NCBI GenBank assembly: GCA_964016885.1
Contig: OZ024745.1
Coordinates: 33,976,001-34,040,000 of the forward strand
DNA from: Eledone cirrhosa
Lineage: Eukaryota
DNA: 64,000 bases
Direction of reading: 5' to 3'
The notes below the pieces were generated by a model. It was not told the origin of the DNA, did no database searches, and saw only the letters and a list, made by a program, of their open reading frames with translations. Shown here piece by piece: positions 42,487 through 56,534 of this stretch; the stretch's first letter is position 1; each line of letters opens with the position of its first letter. Made by a program: the position numbers and the translations under genes.

Positions 42487-43218
42487 CACAGGCCAAATGG
42501 AGATTTTCATACTAAATTGTGGGGTAAGACATGTGCGTCTTCGATACCGAAAATACGAAATGATATTGACTACACTAGAAGAAAAAAAGACCGGCAAATA
42601 CGTCAAGCAACTCGGAAGCAAGCTATGATTCGTAAGCTAGCTACGATTAAGAAATTAGCTATAAATCTATTAATTATTTCGAGTTTTATTCTTACGATGA
42701 CACTCAAACTCGTTATCGGATTACCAGCGATATTTAACAATTATCATATTCTAATAGTCTCATACTGCTTGTCTACTTTTTGTAGATTATCTCCAACAAG
42801 TTAATCAGATTTAGGAGACAGCAAAAGTTGACCTTATTTCCATTAGCGTTTATATCTTCATTAAGTATCTAAAAGACATGACAAGTTCCGCATAATACTT
42901 CAGTGTTTTACAATTAGCATCGACTTCTGAACTTCAAGTAGTAATATTGAACAATATTTTCTGTGATACCAGCCTGACTGAAACCACCCTGTGTTTATGA
43001 TACAAAACTGTCCATTTTAACATTAGAATCTTCCATCTTAAACATATATATACAATTTTATCGTTAATTAAGCTTATTAATGAAGAATTGTTTCAGTAGA
43101 TTTGTTAAATTCATAATAATTTTCAAATTTAATGAAACACATAGGCTGTGTATTTCAAATATGGCAACGGGATTTAATAAAAGAAAGTTACAATCTTAGT
43201 CACCCGGTTGTTCGGGCA

Positions 43219-43286
<68 letters not shown>

Positions 43287-43359
43287 GTCCTTTTGTTTTA
43301 CCATAATTGCAGGATTTATTTATATTCTACACAACTGCTCTCTAATATGTATGATACAA

Positions 43360-45000
43360 TGAACGGAACAGTCTACTCACGAAATTAAAGTGGCAAAAGC
43401 ATGCCATAGACTCATGCATCCTTAATTTAATTCCTAAGGCGATTCAAAGTGAAACACTGTCTAACAGTAGTGGCCATTTGAATTACTGGTACAGTCTATT
43501 AAAAGGGCTTGTACACAGTTTTCTTCTATCAAATGTCAGTCACAGTGATTTGGTCGACCGAAGGCTATGGTAAATGACACTTGCCCAAGATGCTACACAA
43601 TGGATCGAACCGAATGTATGATTGTGAAGCGAGCTTCGTAATCATTCGGCTATGCTGCCTTCATATTATATTAATAATAATTACAGCAATAACAATATTC
43701 ATTTCTCACAAACCTAAAGTACTTCCATTAGCCACCTAAATTAAAAATACCCACGCTAGCACATAAAAGCGTTTACAAATTTAGTTTTACATCAAATTAA
43801 AGAGGACATCACTTAATTCTCCTGGTATTGTCCTGGCTAATCAGAAATAATCTAATTTAGTATTAACCTGCATCAGTACTGCATCAATTTTATACAGTAC
43901 CGTTTGGTTGGTGTAAATAGGTAATAAAACTATTGTTATTTGAATTTTATCCATTTACTCAATCTCCATAGTCTGGGATTCACTGCCGAGGTAGTAAACC
44001 TTATGTTAGGATAATCTTCATAGATAACAGGATCTATGTGTAGAGGCACAAGTAGGTGTACGCTGGCGAGCTACACAATATTTGTGTATATTCTGCTATA
44101 TTCTATCGATAGTGTCTGGTAACTTTTTACTTCATTCGACAGATTAGTATTCCACCAATTGAAATAATAATTTAGAAATACAGAAGAAGCTTTATTCTGG
44201 ATGTTCATCATGAAGCTGGTGTTCAACGTCTGTGAAGAAATATATTTAATCAATTAACAATACTGCCAATAGTTGGAGTGGAATAAGGAATAGAGCTCTG
44301 TCGGTTTTGACGATGAGTGTTCCACTAGTTCAATCAATGAAACAATCTGCTCATGAAATTAAGATATACCCATAACCTAAGTCACAGGGAGATTCAGCGT
44401 GTTACAGTGAGTCACAAGGCCCGTTTGAATTACAGGTACAGTCAATCCGATGGGTTTCTAATCAGTTTCACTCATTAGCCACGGGTCTATCCGAGGCTAT
44501 GGTAAATGACACTTGCCCAACATACCAATCAGTGGGATCGAAGCCTGGACCTAATGATTACAAATCATTCGTCCCTGCTGTGCCCACTGCAAACCGTTGC
44601 CATATCAGTGCTAAGCATGTGGGCGGCAGTAGTTGCTCATTTCTATCCCGTCTTCACTCATACACATTCTGTTAAAATTTGGACACGATATGTCATGAAG
44701 TGTGGATATATACGTCTCAGATAGCTATGGTGGAAACCTTTAATTCCATAATGGACAAAGAGCTTTCTAATTTTGTAACGTAATTTTCAGGGAGATACAA
44801 CGCTAGAGTGAGTTTGATAAGTCTGGCCATTTGAATTAGAGACAGTACATCTGTCGGACTTTAAGCAGTTTATATCTACTGAATTTCAATCATAAGGTAT
44901 GGTACGACCCGAGGCTATGGTAAACAACACTTGCCCAATGTATAACGCTGTGGGATCGAACCCAGGGTAAAATGATTGCAAAGCGATCTTAAATTTCCAG
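43360..45000 (-). mobile_element. Three old chimeric SINE copies (~43360-43660, 44295-44570, 44780-45000)
   Basis: Shared gggagattcagcgtg..tttgaattacaggtac..gaggctatggtaaatgacacttgcccaa..ggatcgaac. Confidence 0.7.
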
Positions 45001-46218
45001 ACGCGCTTCTTTATTAATCGACAACAATTATCACTATGTCTTTTTCCTTTCTCCAACTAGATGGAGAATTTCATTTAATTAAGAATTGTTTGACGTTCGT
45101 CATTCTGTACATCTATACATATTTAATTAGTTTAATCGAGTTATTTCTCATAGCTTAATTTGTGTATCCAAGTCAGCTCTGGCTAAACAGACCACTTATC
45201 AAATATATGTTATCCGTAATCATCACGTTTATATATTTTGATATTAAGGGGATGAGCTGGTAGTGTCAATTGAACGTTGAATAGAATTCATTGCGGCATT
45301 AAATCCGAGCTCTCTGCATTCTGAGTTCAAATGTCACCGAGGTCAAATTTGTATTTTATGTTTCAAAGTCGATGAATAAGGCACAATACCAATACTGAGG
45401 CCGATTCCTTCCCTATATCTCTTTCTTACTGTATCGCTATCTCTCTTTTCCTCTAAAAGAATTTAGCTGTGTTAAAACCTAGAGGTGGATGGGTTCCAAC
45501 AGGTTTAAATGCCCAAGATATATGTCGTTACTTTGCCCTACGACACCGTGAGGAAACAAGGGTCAAGAAATGTGGGACCTGAAAGACATTTGGCTGCTAT
45601 TTCATGGGGGACGGCTCACGGTCTCTTTGTTTTGGACAAATGCGGTGAATGTAACGTATATATTGATTATCCATCATGGCTTTTCTTTTGCATATACGTT
45701 CCTGACACTTTTCTTTAGAAAGTTATATTCTTACATGTAAGAATCACCCAAATATATAGCTGTATAGCCGAGGGCGTTGAGATATAGTCGTATAGGTTTC
45801 TTAATTCTTTACATGAGATTTGTTTTTTCATTAGTGCGGTTAAGAAGCATAAAATACAATACACCAATCTATCACATGCAGTTGGTGGGCTGAACTTTTT
45901 TTCATTGATTATTCTGCGCTTAGTAAAGAAGGAACATTTGTTTTATATTTTTCATATAATTCATTAAAGAACTATGTGGTTTGAGAAACAACAGATTACT
46001 TCTGCAGAAACTGTGCAGAAAGGAATGGATTTTTGTTAGCAAATCTTTGTATTTGCAAATCATAGTCTTACTACATCTGATTGGGTAATATATCAGCCGG
46101 CCTGCCGATAGATTTCTGTAAAAGGCTGAAAAATGATCTAGGATATTAAATATTCCAAATACAAATTCATTAGTTGGAAACGCAAAGAAAAGAGATTTAA
46201 GTCGAAACATATAAAGTG

Positions 46219-46266
<48 letters not shown>

Positions 46267-46273
46267 GCAGACG

Positions 46274-46368
<95 letters not shown>

Positions 46369-46411
46369 TGTGTGTGTATATATATATACACGCAGACGCG
46401 CGCGCATACAC

Positions 46412-46471
<60 letters not shown>

Positions 46472-46616
46472 GCAGACGCACGCGCATACATGTGTATATA
46501 TATATATATATATATAACTTTGATAGATTTCGGCCAGTATTGGCCCAGGCCATGTCTAACTTAATAGCACCACCTGGCAATACATATATATGCATGTATA
46601 TATATATATATGTATG

Positions 46617-46650
<34 letters not shown>

Positions 46651-47042
46651 TGTACATATGTGTATGTATGTATATATGTGTATGTATATATGTGTATGTA
46701 TGTATATATGTATGTATGTATATGTATGTATGTGTATGTACATGCCGGTGGCTATGAAATAATCAATGCTGCACAGAATTTCCTGACTAACTAAAAAAAT
46801 GTTACATTACTTCAATATTACCTTCGGAATGAAGATCTGGCTCTATCTGCAATCTAGTCACATAGCACTTGTATAGAATTTACCAATTTGGAATATCTCA
46901 CCAATAGGGTTGAGAGGGGTAGCTATAAATCATGTGGAAAATTCTTCTTCGCTTGTTCTTCATTTTTGTTCAAGTAAATCTATTATTAAAATAACATTCT
47001 TTCATTTACTGTTTCATTCTTCCACTCTCTCTTTCTCCCCCA

Positions 47043-47083
<41 letters not shown>

Positions 47084-48326
47084 ATATAGTCTCAACGAAA
47101 ATTTAATTCTTTTGGGTCTATACAATTATATCTATACCTACTCTGCAAACTTATATGCATCAAGAACCACCGTTATTTGTGGTTTTCCCATTTTCGAATC
47201 TCCCCCCCCCCCCCCTCCCCACACGATATATAGTGTGTGGTAAGAAACTTTCAGGAGAGTTGGACAACAGAAGGTCTTCAGAAAAGAAACCCCACTCAAG
47301 CAAGTGTTTCAGCCCTTAACTTCTTACACTCTAAGGGGACCGGGCCGCATCTAGATCATGATTCCTGGCTGTTCTTCTGCGGACATTTAGCCATTCGGAA
47401 ATCAGAGACTTGCTGTGTAATTTAAACCTCTGTATTTAAAGCTGATGTAGCAGGATTCTGTAACAATTAATCGTGCCAACTAATTATAATTGGTTCTCCT
47501 TTCGCTCAGACATCTACTATTGCTTCAGGTTACATATATCAGTCAATCTTGAACACACAGGATTAGAAAAGGACATATTGCATTATATTGTGTAGTCTGG
47601 CTGCATTGTTTCTTTGAAAAATGTGGGATATCCTTTAACCATAGATCCTCTGGCTTAGGGGTGATCTAGGGTTAAACAAAAACAACAGAAGCAGCACAAG
47701 CACGCCCACCCCCGCCAACACTACCACAATCACCACCAACACAACGACCATGTGCAACAACAACAATAACCAGCCATACATATGTATCCTATTTAGAAGC
47801 AGAAATACTTCCCTTTACATTTGAAAGCCAATAAATTTCTCAAATACATCGACGCTCCTTTTGGCAAAACGATGGAGAACAAAATATTTAAGTAACACTA
47901 AGTTCGATAACAATACCATGAGAAAAATACATATAAAGCAGTCTATTTGTGGGGAACACTAGTTTTATCACTGTTATTTTAAATACTTTCATTTACTACG
48001 TTGAAACACAAGCGTGAAAATATTCTATTAACTAAAACATTCCAGCCATAACTATCCCATCTTGCTTTTATATATCTAGCACTACATTGTGCAATGTATC
48101 TTTGTTTAAGATAGAATTTGGTTGCTATTTTCATCAGATTGACTTTGGTTACTATTTCTAGCCTGGAGAAGCATATATATTTGAGAGTGTATATATATAT
48201 AGAGAGAGAGACAAGTTATGTTGATATCAATAAACAGAAGCTAAAACGAAAATGACTGCTCGCCTTATTGTACAGTTCACCATCTATATCAGTGTGTGTG
48301 TGTGTGTGTGTGTGTATGAATCTGTG

Positions 48327-48365
<39 letters not shown>

Positions 48366-48814
48366 TCTTTGACAGAAACCTGTTCGGTCACTTCTGTTTA
48401 ATAATATCCTATTGATATAAGGATTACATATCGAACGTCAGATGAGAAGTTACATTTTAAACTCTGTATTACTTGTCATTGTCTAGTCTATAAATGATCT
48501 TGAATTTTTGAAGCTATTATATATTTTATGTTGGCTGTCATTTCAACTTGACTATTTAATATTATGTAATGCTTGAGTTTCAGACCAAATTATTATTTGT
48601 ATGAAAATCATAAATATTATTTTCATAATAATTTTCTTAAAGCTTTGCTATTCTTATTCGTTTACTAACTGTTTTTCACAGTCGCACTCAACGTGTAAAC
48701 AGTGGAATTACGTCTAACATAGCTACAGAGGATTAATTTAATGCAAATTTTATCAAAGAATACTGTGGCTAGCAACATACCCGATTCTACATAAATACAT
48801 GAATTTTGTTTTCA

Positions 48815-49177
<363 letters not shown>

Positions 49178-49181
49178 TATT

Positions 49182-50382
49182 AGGCAGCATATTTAACATC
49201 AGGAACTTTGCTGCAAACACAAAAGTATTTACATCAATCAAAAGTATTTACATTACTCATAAGAGACCTCTTGTATGCAGATGATTGCGATCTTGTAGCG
49301 CACACAGAGAGTGATATGCAGCACATTTTTAATGCATTTTCTGACGCTTGCACTGCCCTAGGATTGACTGTCAGTCTCCAGAAAACCGTCGTCATGTACC
49401 AACCTGCCCCTGGTAAGCAGTACACTGAACCAAATATCTATGTGTATGTTAAACGACTTGGAGTGGTTGATCAGTTTGTCTACCTGGGAAGCACTGTCAA
49501 TCGATACAGCAACCTTGAAAGTGAAATCTCACTTAGGATTAGGAAAGCTAGAAATGCGACTCTGGGGTCGGCGAGACATATGCAGGAGGACAAAGGTAAA
49601 GGTGTACAAGGCATGTGTGCTCTCTCGTCTTCTTTTGCCTGCGAGACCTGGGTCACATTTCGACACCACCTTAAGCAATTGGAGCGTTTCCATCAGATGT
49701 GTCTCAGACGGATCCATGGCGTTCACTGGAGGGACCACATCAGTGATGTCGAGATTTTGGAAAGCTCTATGTGTGACAGTATAGAAGCTGTTGTGCTTAA
49801 GGACAGTTAGTTAAAGGAAAAGGACCGCCACATGAACGAAAAAAGAGGTATAAGGATTCCTTGAAAGCCTCTTTGAAAGACGCTAACATCTCTCCTGATA
49901 CAAGGGAAAATATTGCTGCTTATCGTAATAAATGGAGAAAGACTGTATATGAGGGAAAAGTTGCCTTTGAGGCATCTCGAATCGCATACGAGAAAGTAAA
50001 GCGGGATGTGAGAAGGGCATTGCTGTTGCACTTCCAGACGGCGAGGGTCCTCCTATGGTGCTGACATGCAGCGTCTGTGCGAGACTCTGCCTAAGCAAAG
50101 CTGGACTCGAAAGTCAACTTCGCAGTCATAAAGTAAGACCAGTGGTTGACTACCAGGCTGCTGTTGGAGATGTTACTCATCATGCTTGCCAAGCATGTGG
50201 TAGAGATGTAAATCAGCAGGAGGGCTCAAGCGACATGCAAAAGTACATGAACTCCAACCACAGCCGGCTATTCCCAGTGAATGTTTTGGTTGCCGACTCT
50301 GTGCAAGACATTTTAGATCATTGGCTGGGCTAAAAAGCCACATTCGATCGCAGCGCTGTTAGTTGCTATCGTGTGTGTGTGT
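49182..50382 (+). mobile_element. RTE-type LINE remnant: RT C-terminal part + three C2H2-like fingers
   Basis: [56 protein letters not shown]; frameshifts and deletions; (TG)n tail. Confidence 0.92.
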
Positions 50383-50420
50383 ATAGATATGTTTATGTGT
50401 GTGCGTGTGTGTGTATATAT

Positions 50421-50992
50421 CTATCTAAGGCGGGTAAAATTCCCGAGATCCAAGGACGAGTTCTCTCCAGCGGTCTCTGTCCCTCATTATCGCTGCCATA
50501 TCCTGCATCTCCAACAGACCAGTGTCTGTCCTTAGGGCATCAACATATGTTAACCTTGGTCTTCCTCTTCTAGTGTGTCCATGTAGGGGCTCCCAAAGGA
50601 GCACTGAGTGCAATGTCAACTCTGGATGTCGGTGAGCATGTCCAGCCAACCTCAGTCTCCTCTGTGTCACTTTTGAGCTGACTTTTGGGATGCTCCCATA
50701 CAGCTCTGAGTTTTTCATCCTCAGTGTATACTTCCTGTATTTGGGAGCAAAGATTGGGAATACGGAAGATGATGTGGTTGAGAGGAAGAGCAAGGCCTGG
50801 GCGGCGTGTCACAGCTTGAGATCGGTGTGGAAGTCGGACCTTCGTAGAGACCTGAAAATCCGCCTCTTCATTGCTGTAGTGGAGTCTGTGCTGCTGTATG
50901 GGTCTGAGACTTGGGCACTGACCAAGAGACTCACTCAGATGGTGGATGGGTGCTACACGAGAATGCTGAGGATGGCTCTGAACATTAATCAG
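50421..50992 (-). mobile_element. Second LINE (RTE-related) 3' fragment with 5' inversion
   Basis: Minus 50732-50425: YTLR..RRLRLAGH..RGRP..DRDRWR* with TAGA tail; plus 50732-50992: FLYLG..ESVLLYGSETW..MLRMALNINQ; TSD gtgtgtatatat. Confidence 0.9.
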
Positions 50993-51040
50993 TGTGTATA
51001 TATATATGTATTATTATTGTTGTTGTTGTCGTTATTATTA

Positions 51041-51090
<50 letters not shown>

Positions 51091-51197
51091 GTTATTAATA
51101 TATGTATATGTATGTGTGTGTATGTATATGTATGTGTGTATATGTATATATGTATGTATGTATCTGTGTGTATATATATATATATATATAAATATAT

Positions 51198-51637
51198 GAG
51201 AGTATTGAAGTTTGCTTGAAGCATAGTGGAATAATAGGTAAATATGTTTAAGTCGTTTGGAAGCCTCGACAATGCAAATGGGTAAATCTCCGGGTAAAAA
51301 GATCCGGTGGTGGAGAGAGAGATGTAAGTGGGTGTACGTTGAGATGCGTGGCGTGTATAAGACGTGTAGAGGAATGAAGGAAAGAGTATAAAGGATAAAA
51401 TAAAAATAACAACACGAGAGTTACCTTGGGAGAGATTTAATTATCCCTATATATTTCGGATTCACATCCATCAACTGGGGGTTTTTTCCGGGGTGGGGGA
51501 AAGGTTGTCTGTCGGAAAGGTGCGAAACGCGTCCTCCGCTGTTTGTTGTTTTGAATATATATTTTATTTTTTTTAAATTTTTATTATTCTTTTCCTCGTG
51601 CAATGGCCATACTCGATAACGAGGGGGCAGCCATCAT
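51198..51637. mobile_element. Family D element, longer copy
   Basis: Matches 19404-19733 inverted; its end ttttcctcgtgcaatggccatactcgataacgagggggcagccatcat is identical at ~11639-11686. Confidence 0.8.
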
Positions 51638-51710
51638 ATATATGTATATATATGTATGTATATATATATGTATGTATATATACATGTATATATATATATA
51701 TGTATGTATC

Positions 51711-51761
<51 letters not shown>

Positions 51762-53379
51762 TTGTGTGTGTGTGTGTGTGTGTGTATGTGTGTGTGCATA
51801 TGTGTGCGTGTGTGTGTACGTATCTAAATTCGAAGAAATACGAAAAATATTCTTCAAAGAGTAGGAACACCAAAGGGAAATTTAATCGAATTTATAGTAG
51901 CAAACATGCTATAGGCAACTACAAATGTAATATCCTCAGTGATGTAATAATGCTAATTGTGAAGTAGCTTGGCTTAATGATTACAGTTTTGAGCTCAAAA
52001 CCTCATGGTCGTGCATTCGATTCCAGGCAGCATGTTGTTTTCATGAGCAAGATACTTTGTTCACTCAGCTTGCAAAAAAAAAAAAAAAAAAAAAAATTAG
52101 TGTAACTGCAATTCAAAGGATCAGCCCTTTTCACATACCGTCTCGCAATGACTATCTCTTAGAACTGTGTTATGTGATTTGGATGTCAGTGAAATGATCA
52201 GCAATTAACACGTTAATTTCATTAGCAGGCTGTTCCATTGCCCGAAGAACTGGAACACTCGTCATAGGATCCGACGGAGGTCAAAAGCACACAGTAAATC
52301 TAATTTCTTATATTAACGCTGGAAAAGACAGATTTGATTATATCGACATCAGTACCCAGCACCTACTTTACCGAAACCCGGTAGGATGAAATCTAAAGTC
52401 AGAACTTGGAATTTGAAAATAAATGTACGAATTAAATGCCACATCATATTTTGTCCAACTCTATTCCGAATTGACGGTCCACTCACCTCTGATAGTGCTA
52501 ATATTATTGTTATTGAGGAGCAATTATATCAGTGGATTGGCAGAATAGGTAGAGCGTCAGTCAACATGCTTTGTGGCATATAGATACGGCCCTTTACATT
52601 CGGAGTCTAAATCCCACCGAGGTTAGCTTTTCTTTTCATACTTATGGAGTCGATAAAATAAAGTACCAGTAACGCTTTGGTGTCTATTTAATCGTCTTTC
52701 CTCTCACCTTCAAATAGTCAAATGGAGAATCAACTATTTTGTGTTTTCAACGATTACCTGTGGGTTTCTAGTGCATCCTAGTCTTAGCTTATCGATGCAG
52801 TCTTTATTAATTGCTTTTGTTTTTGTTTTAGTGTCTTTCTCAGTTGCTCGAACTACCTGTAACATCTCTTTACATCCTTACATCCATATATCCTATACTT
52901 TACAGTCATACTCCCTTTACATTAATTTACTATAAACCTCCTCTGTTCTTCTAGTAACATTTTATTGGTTTTCCAGTTGAGCAGCTATACTGTTGCAGAA
53001 TATAGAGGCATGAAATTTGATATTGAGGCATGAAATGTTAACAAACAAGTTATAAGTTTGTAGGTTATTTTTGGTGTTGGTGAGTTTGTTCATGCGGATC
53101 AATACTACTGTCTTCTGTAGTAACCTTTCAAATGTTGTTTCGGGTCTGTTTATTAATTCATTGAATACATTTGCCACATATTCATGAGTTCTGAATAGAT
53201 GTTTCTCATAAAAATATAAATATAAATAAAAATTGCTTTATCAATTGAAGGGGATTTTCCAGTTGTTGGCAGCTTTTATCGTATTGCAGAATTCCATGCT
53301 AATTATGCTAAGCTATTTTTAAATCCTTAATTTTTTTACTGATGTCATTCATCAAATTCCGGCCATGTTGGGAAGAATT

Positions 53380-53705
53380 GAAATGATGCAGTCGATCATG
53401 TCAACCCCAGTCCTTATTTTGTTCAGTTTCCTATTTATTATATCAATCTGTTTTAGTCGAATCACAAAGTTACGGGGCAGAAACAGAGACAGAGACAAAC
53501 ATAAACACAGGCATGAGTTCACACACATACATATATATATGCATATATACGACAAACGTCTCTATTTTCTGGCCACCAGATGTCACTCAGAAGGTATTGG
53601 TCAACCCGAGGCTATAGTAGAAGACACGTGCCTAACGAGTAGCATAATGGTGTTAATCCCAGAACCACGTGGTTGCGAAGCTAACTTAACCAAAGAGCCA
53701 TGCCT
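53380..53705 (-). mobile_element. Old tRNA-head SINE with internal microsatellite
   Basis: cccgaggctatagtagaagacac..ccacgtggttgcgaagc; similar copy at ~29400-29700. Confidence 0.65.
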
Positions 53706-54112
53706 GCGTCTTCGTTTGTAGAAGTATTGCATTTTTAAGACATCGTTTTCTTTTCTATTCCATTGCGCATTATAAATGGTGGCAAATAAGTAGAGTTGAT
53801 AGAATTTCGGTTAGAAAGTTCTGTTTTTTCAGTCGATCAAATATAACACTAATCAAGTACTGAGGTCTATTTAAATTATTTCCCCCCACGGAAATTTCTG
53901 ATCTTGCCCCTAAATTAGAAACCAATATTGTGCTGAATATATTTGTTCCACATTGCCAGAATGTCTGACTTTATGTTGGTGTTTCATTCACTTATTTCGA
54001 TTTTTTGTTTACATTCCTGTATATTCGATATTTTATTCTTAGACATCCGGCCTCACTTTGCTGCTGACGTTTGCTTAATCTTTCGTTTTATTACTGAGGT
54101 GTATTCGTTTTT

Positions 54113-55093
54113 CGAGGTTAACTTTGCCTTTCACCCTTACGGGGTCGATGAAATAAAGTACCAGTAATGCACTGGGATAATTGCTGGCCTTGTGCCAAAA
54201 GTAGAAACAATTATTAGGGATAAGGGGGTGGGAGTGGGGCTGGCCGTATCGGTAGAGCGTCGGTCAAAATGCTTTGTGTCATATAGTTACGGCCCTTTAC
54301 GTTCTGAGTTCAAATCCCACTGCGGTTAGCTTTGCTTTTCATCCTTACAGGGTCGATAAAATAAAGTACCAGCAACACACGGAAGTCAATTTAATCGACG
54401 TTCGCCCTCTCCCAGATTTGTTTGTCTTGTGCCTAAAATCAGAAGCCATTATTAAAGTGGATTGGCAGTATCGGTAGAGGGTCGGACGCCATGCTTTGAT
54501 GCATAGAGTTACGGCCCTTTCCAATCTGAGTTCAAATCCCGCCGAGGTTAACTTTGCCTTTCATCCTTACGGGGTCGATAAAATAAAGTACCAGTAATGC
54601 ACTGGGTAATTGCTGGCCTTGTGCCAAAAGTAGAAACAATTATTAAAGCGATGGATTGGAAAAATCCTTAAAGCGCCGGAAAAATAATTTGTGATATTTG
54701 TTCCGGCTCTTTATGTTCTGAGTTAAAATCTCACCCTAATTATTTTTACTTTGATCCTTTCTGCGTCAATAAATTAAAGTAACAGTCAATTACTACGACC
54801 GATTTAACCCCACCTCCGAATTGTTGACCGTGTGCCTTAATCAGACACCAATAGTTTTCCTTATTCTATCATCATAGGGCGGTGGATTGGCAGTATCCGT
54901 AGAGGGTCAGACGCCATGCTTTGCAGCATAGAGTTACGGTCCTTTAAGGTCTGAGTTCAAACCCGCCGAGGTTAACTTTGCCTTTCATCCTTACATGGTC
55001 GATAAAATAAAGTACCAATAACATACTGGGGTCGATTTAATCGACTTTCCTCTCCCCCAAATTACTGGCCTTGTGCCTATACTAGAAATCATT
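54113..55093 (+). mobile_element. Five head-to-tail SINE copies
   Basis: Core at ~54125, 54333, 54555, 54750 and 54978; TSD-like attattaaag and ttattc(t/c)atcatcat. Confidence 0.9.
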
Positions 55094-56348
55094 ATTCCAT
55101 CATCATGCTTCGACAGTTTAATGTGAGTTTCTGATGCAACACCAGGTGTTGTCATTTTGTGGGTGAATAATTATGTTTGCATGCGACATCAGTTTTGTTT
55201 TTCGTGAGTGTTTGTTTTAATGGTTTGTAGTGTTAATTCTGAGTTTCATATGTTTGTTAGTTGAAATATGTGCTGTGTGAGATTTCATTTTGTTGGGAAG
55301 GGAATGTGTTTCGTATTTGTAAAGATTATTTTGTGAGGACATCCGAAACAGGTGAGAATTAAGGAAGGAAGGATGGAGGAAGACCCTCAAACTGAAAGCC
55401 TGGCTCAAATGTTTGCAACTGAATTGACTTCATTAAAGGAAACCGAATTCCAAATGGTGATGTTATCGGACGACGGGATTAAGTCGACCGCCCATGCAGC
55501 GTTGCCCCAATTGGTACGTTCGTACAAATTTGGTACTATTTTCCCTTAATTTGACTTTTGTGAACGTTTGGTATCACGTCCGGAATTTTTGGTACGATTT
55601 AGAGATTGGGTTAATTGTTATCAACATTTAATGATTTACCATTTACCAGAATTTTACAAAGAGAAGCTCTCCATGGATTGTATTTGGCCACCAGACTGCA
55701 CTTGACATCAATACTCTTCTGCGTATTATTTCAAATCGGTAGTCCACCATCTTTTCCACCATCTTGTCTATCATCCCGGTAGCTAATAATAATGCACGAT
55801 TTGCTAACAATCAATCAGTGGGTGTTTTACTTGAATAGATTCCGCTGACAATACGCAAGGACATCTAAATATAGATGGATTAAGATGAATACTGGGAAGA
55901 CAACCGTATCAGTTAAGTTTAAGCAGTTGTGTCACGGCATGCAATGTGCTTCGGTTGTGTCATCTTTCAATATCTGAACGGACTTGCGTTTTTGAGAAAC
56001 ATTTTGAACCCATCATGAGTGAAAAGAAAATGTTAATATAGAATATCATTCTAATAGTGACGAAAATGGCACTCCTCAGAAAAAAAAACAAACTGCAATC
56101 CATATTCTACGAAAGAAAAGCTCTGTCAAAATTATTAAACGATGAGAAATGTTCAATTGAGTGTAAAGAACGCAAGTAAAGGCTACTGAAAATTCTGAAA
56201 TTGTGAGATAGATGGCAGCTTGTTAAATTGTAAAACGTAAAGAGACAGAAAAACACCAGGTCATAGGGAAATTTGGACTCAAAATGCAAAGAACCAGTCG
56301 TCAATTTACCATTCGAGACTCTTACTGTAATTCATAAATCCTAAAAAA

Positions 56349-56534
56349 ATTGTTTCTACATTTCGCACAAGGCCAGCAATTACCCAGTGCATTACTAGTA
56401 CTTTATTTTATCGACCCCGTAAGGATGAAAGGCAAAGTTGACCTCGGCGTTATTTGAACGTAGACCGTAAAGGGCCGTAACTCTATGCTGCAAAGCATGG
56501 CATCCGACTTTCTACCGATACTGCCGATCCACCG
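56349..56534 (-). mobile_element. Young SINE copy
   Basis: Full reverse-complement match to the 14853 copy. Confidence 0.88.
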
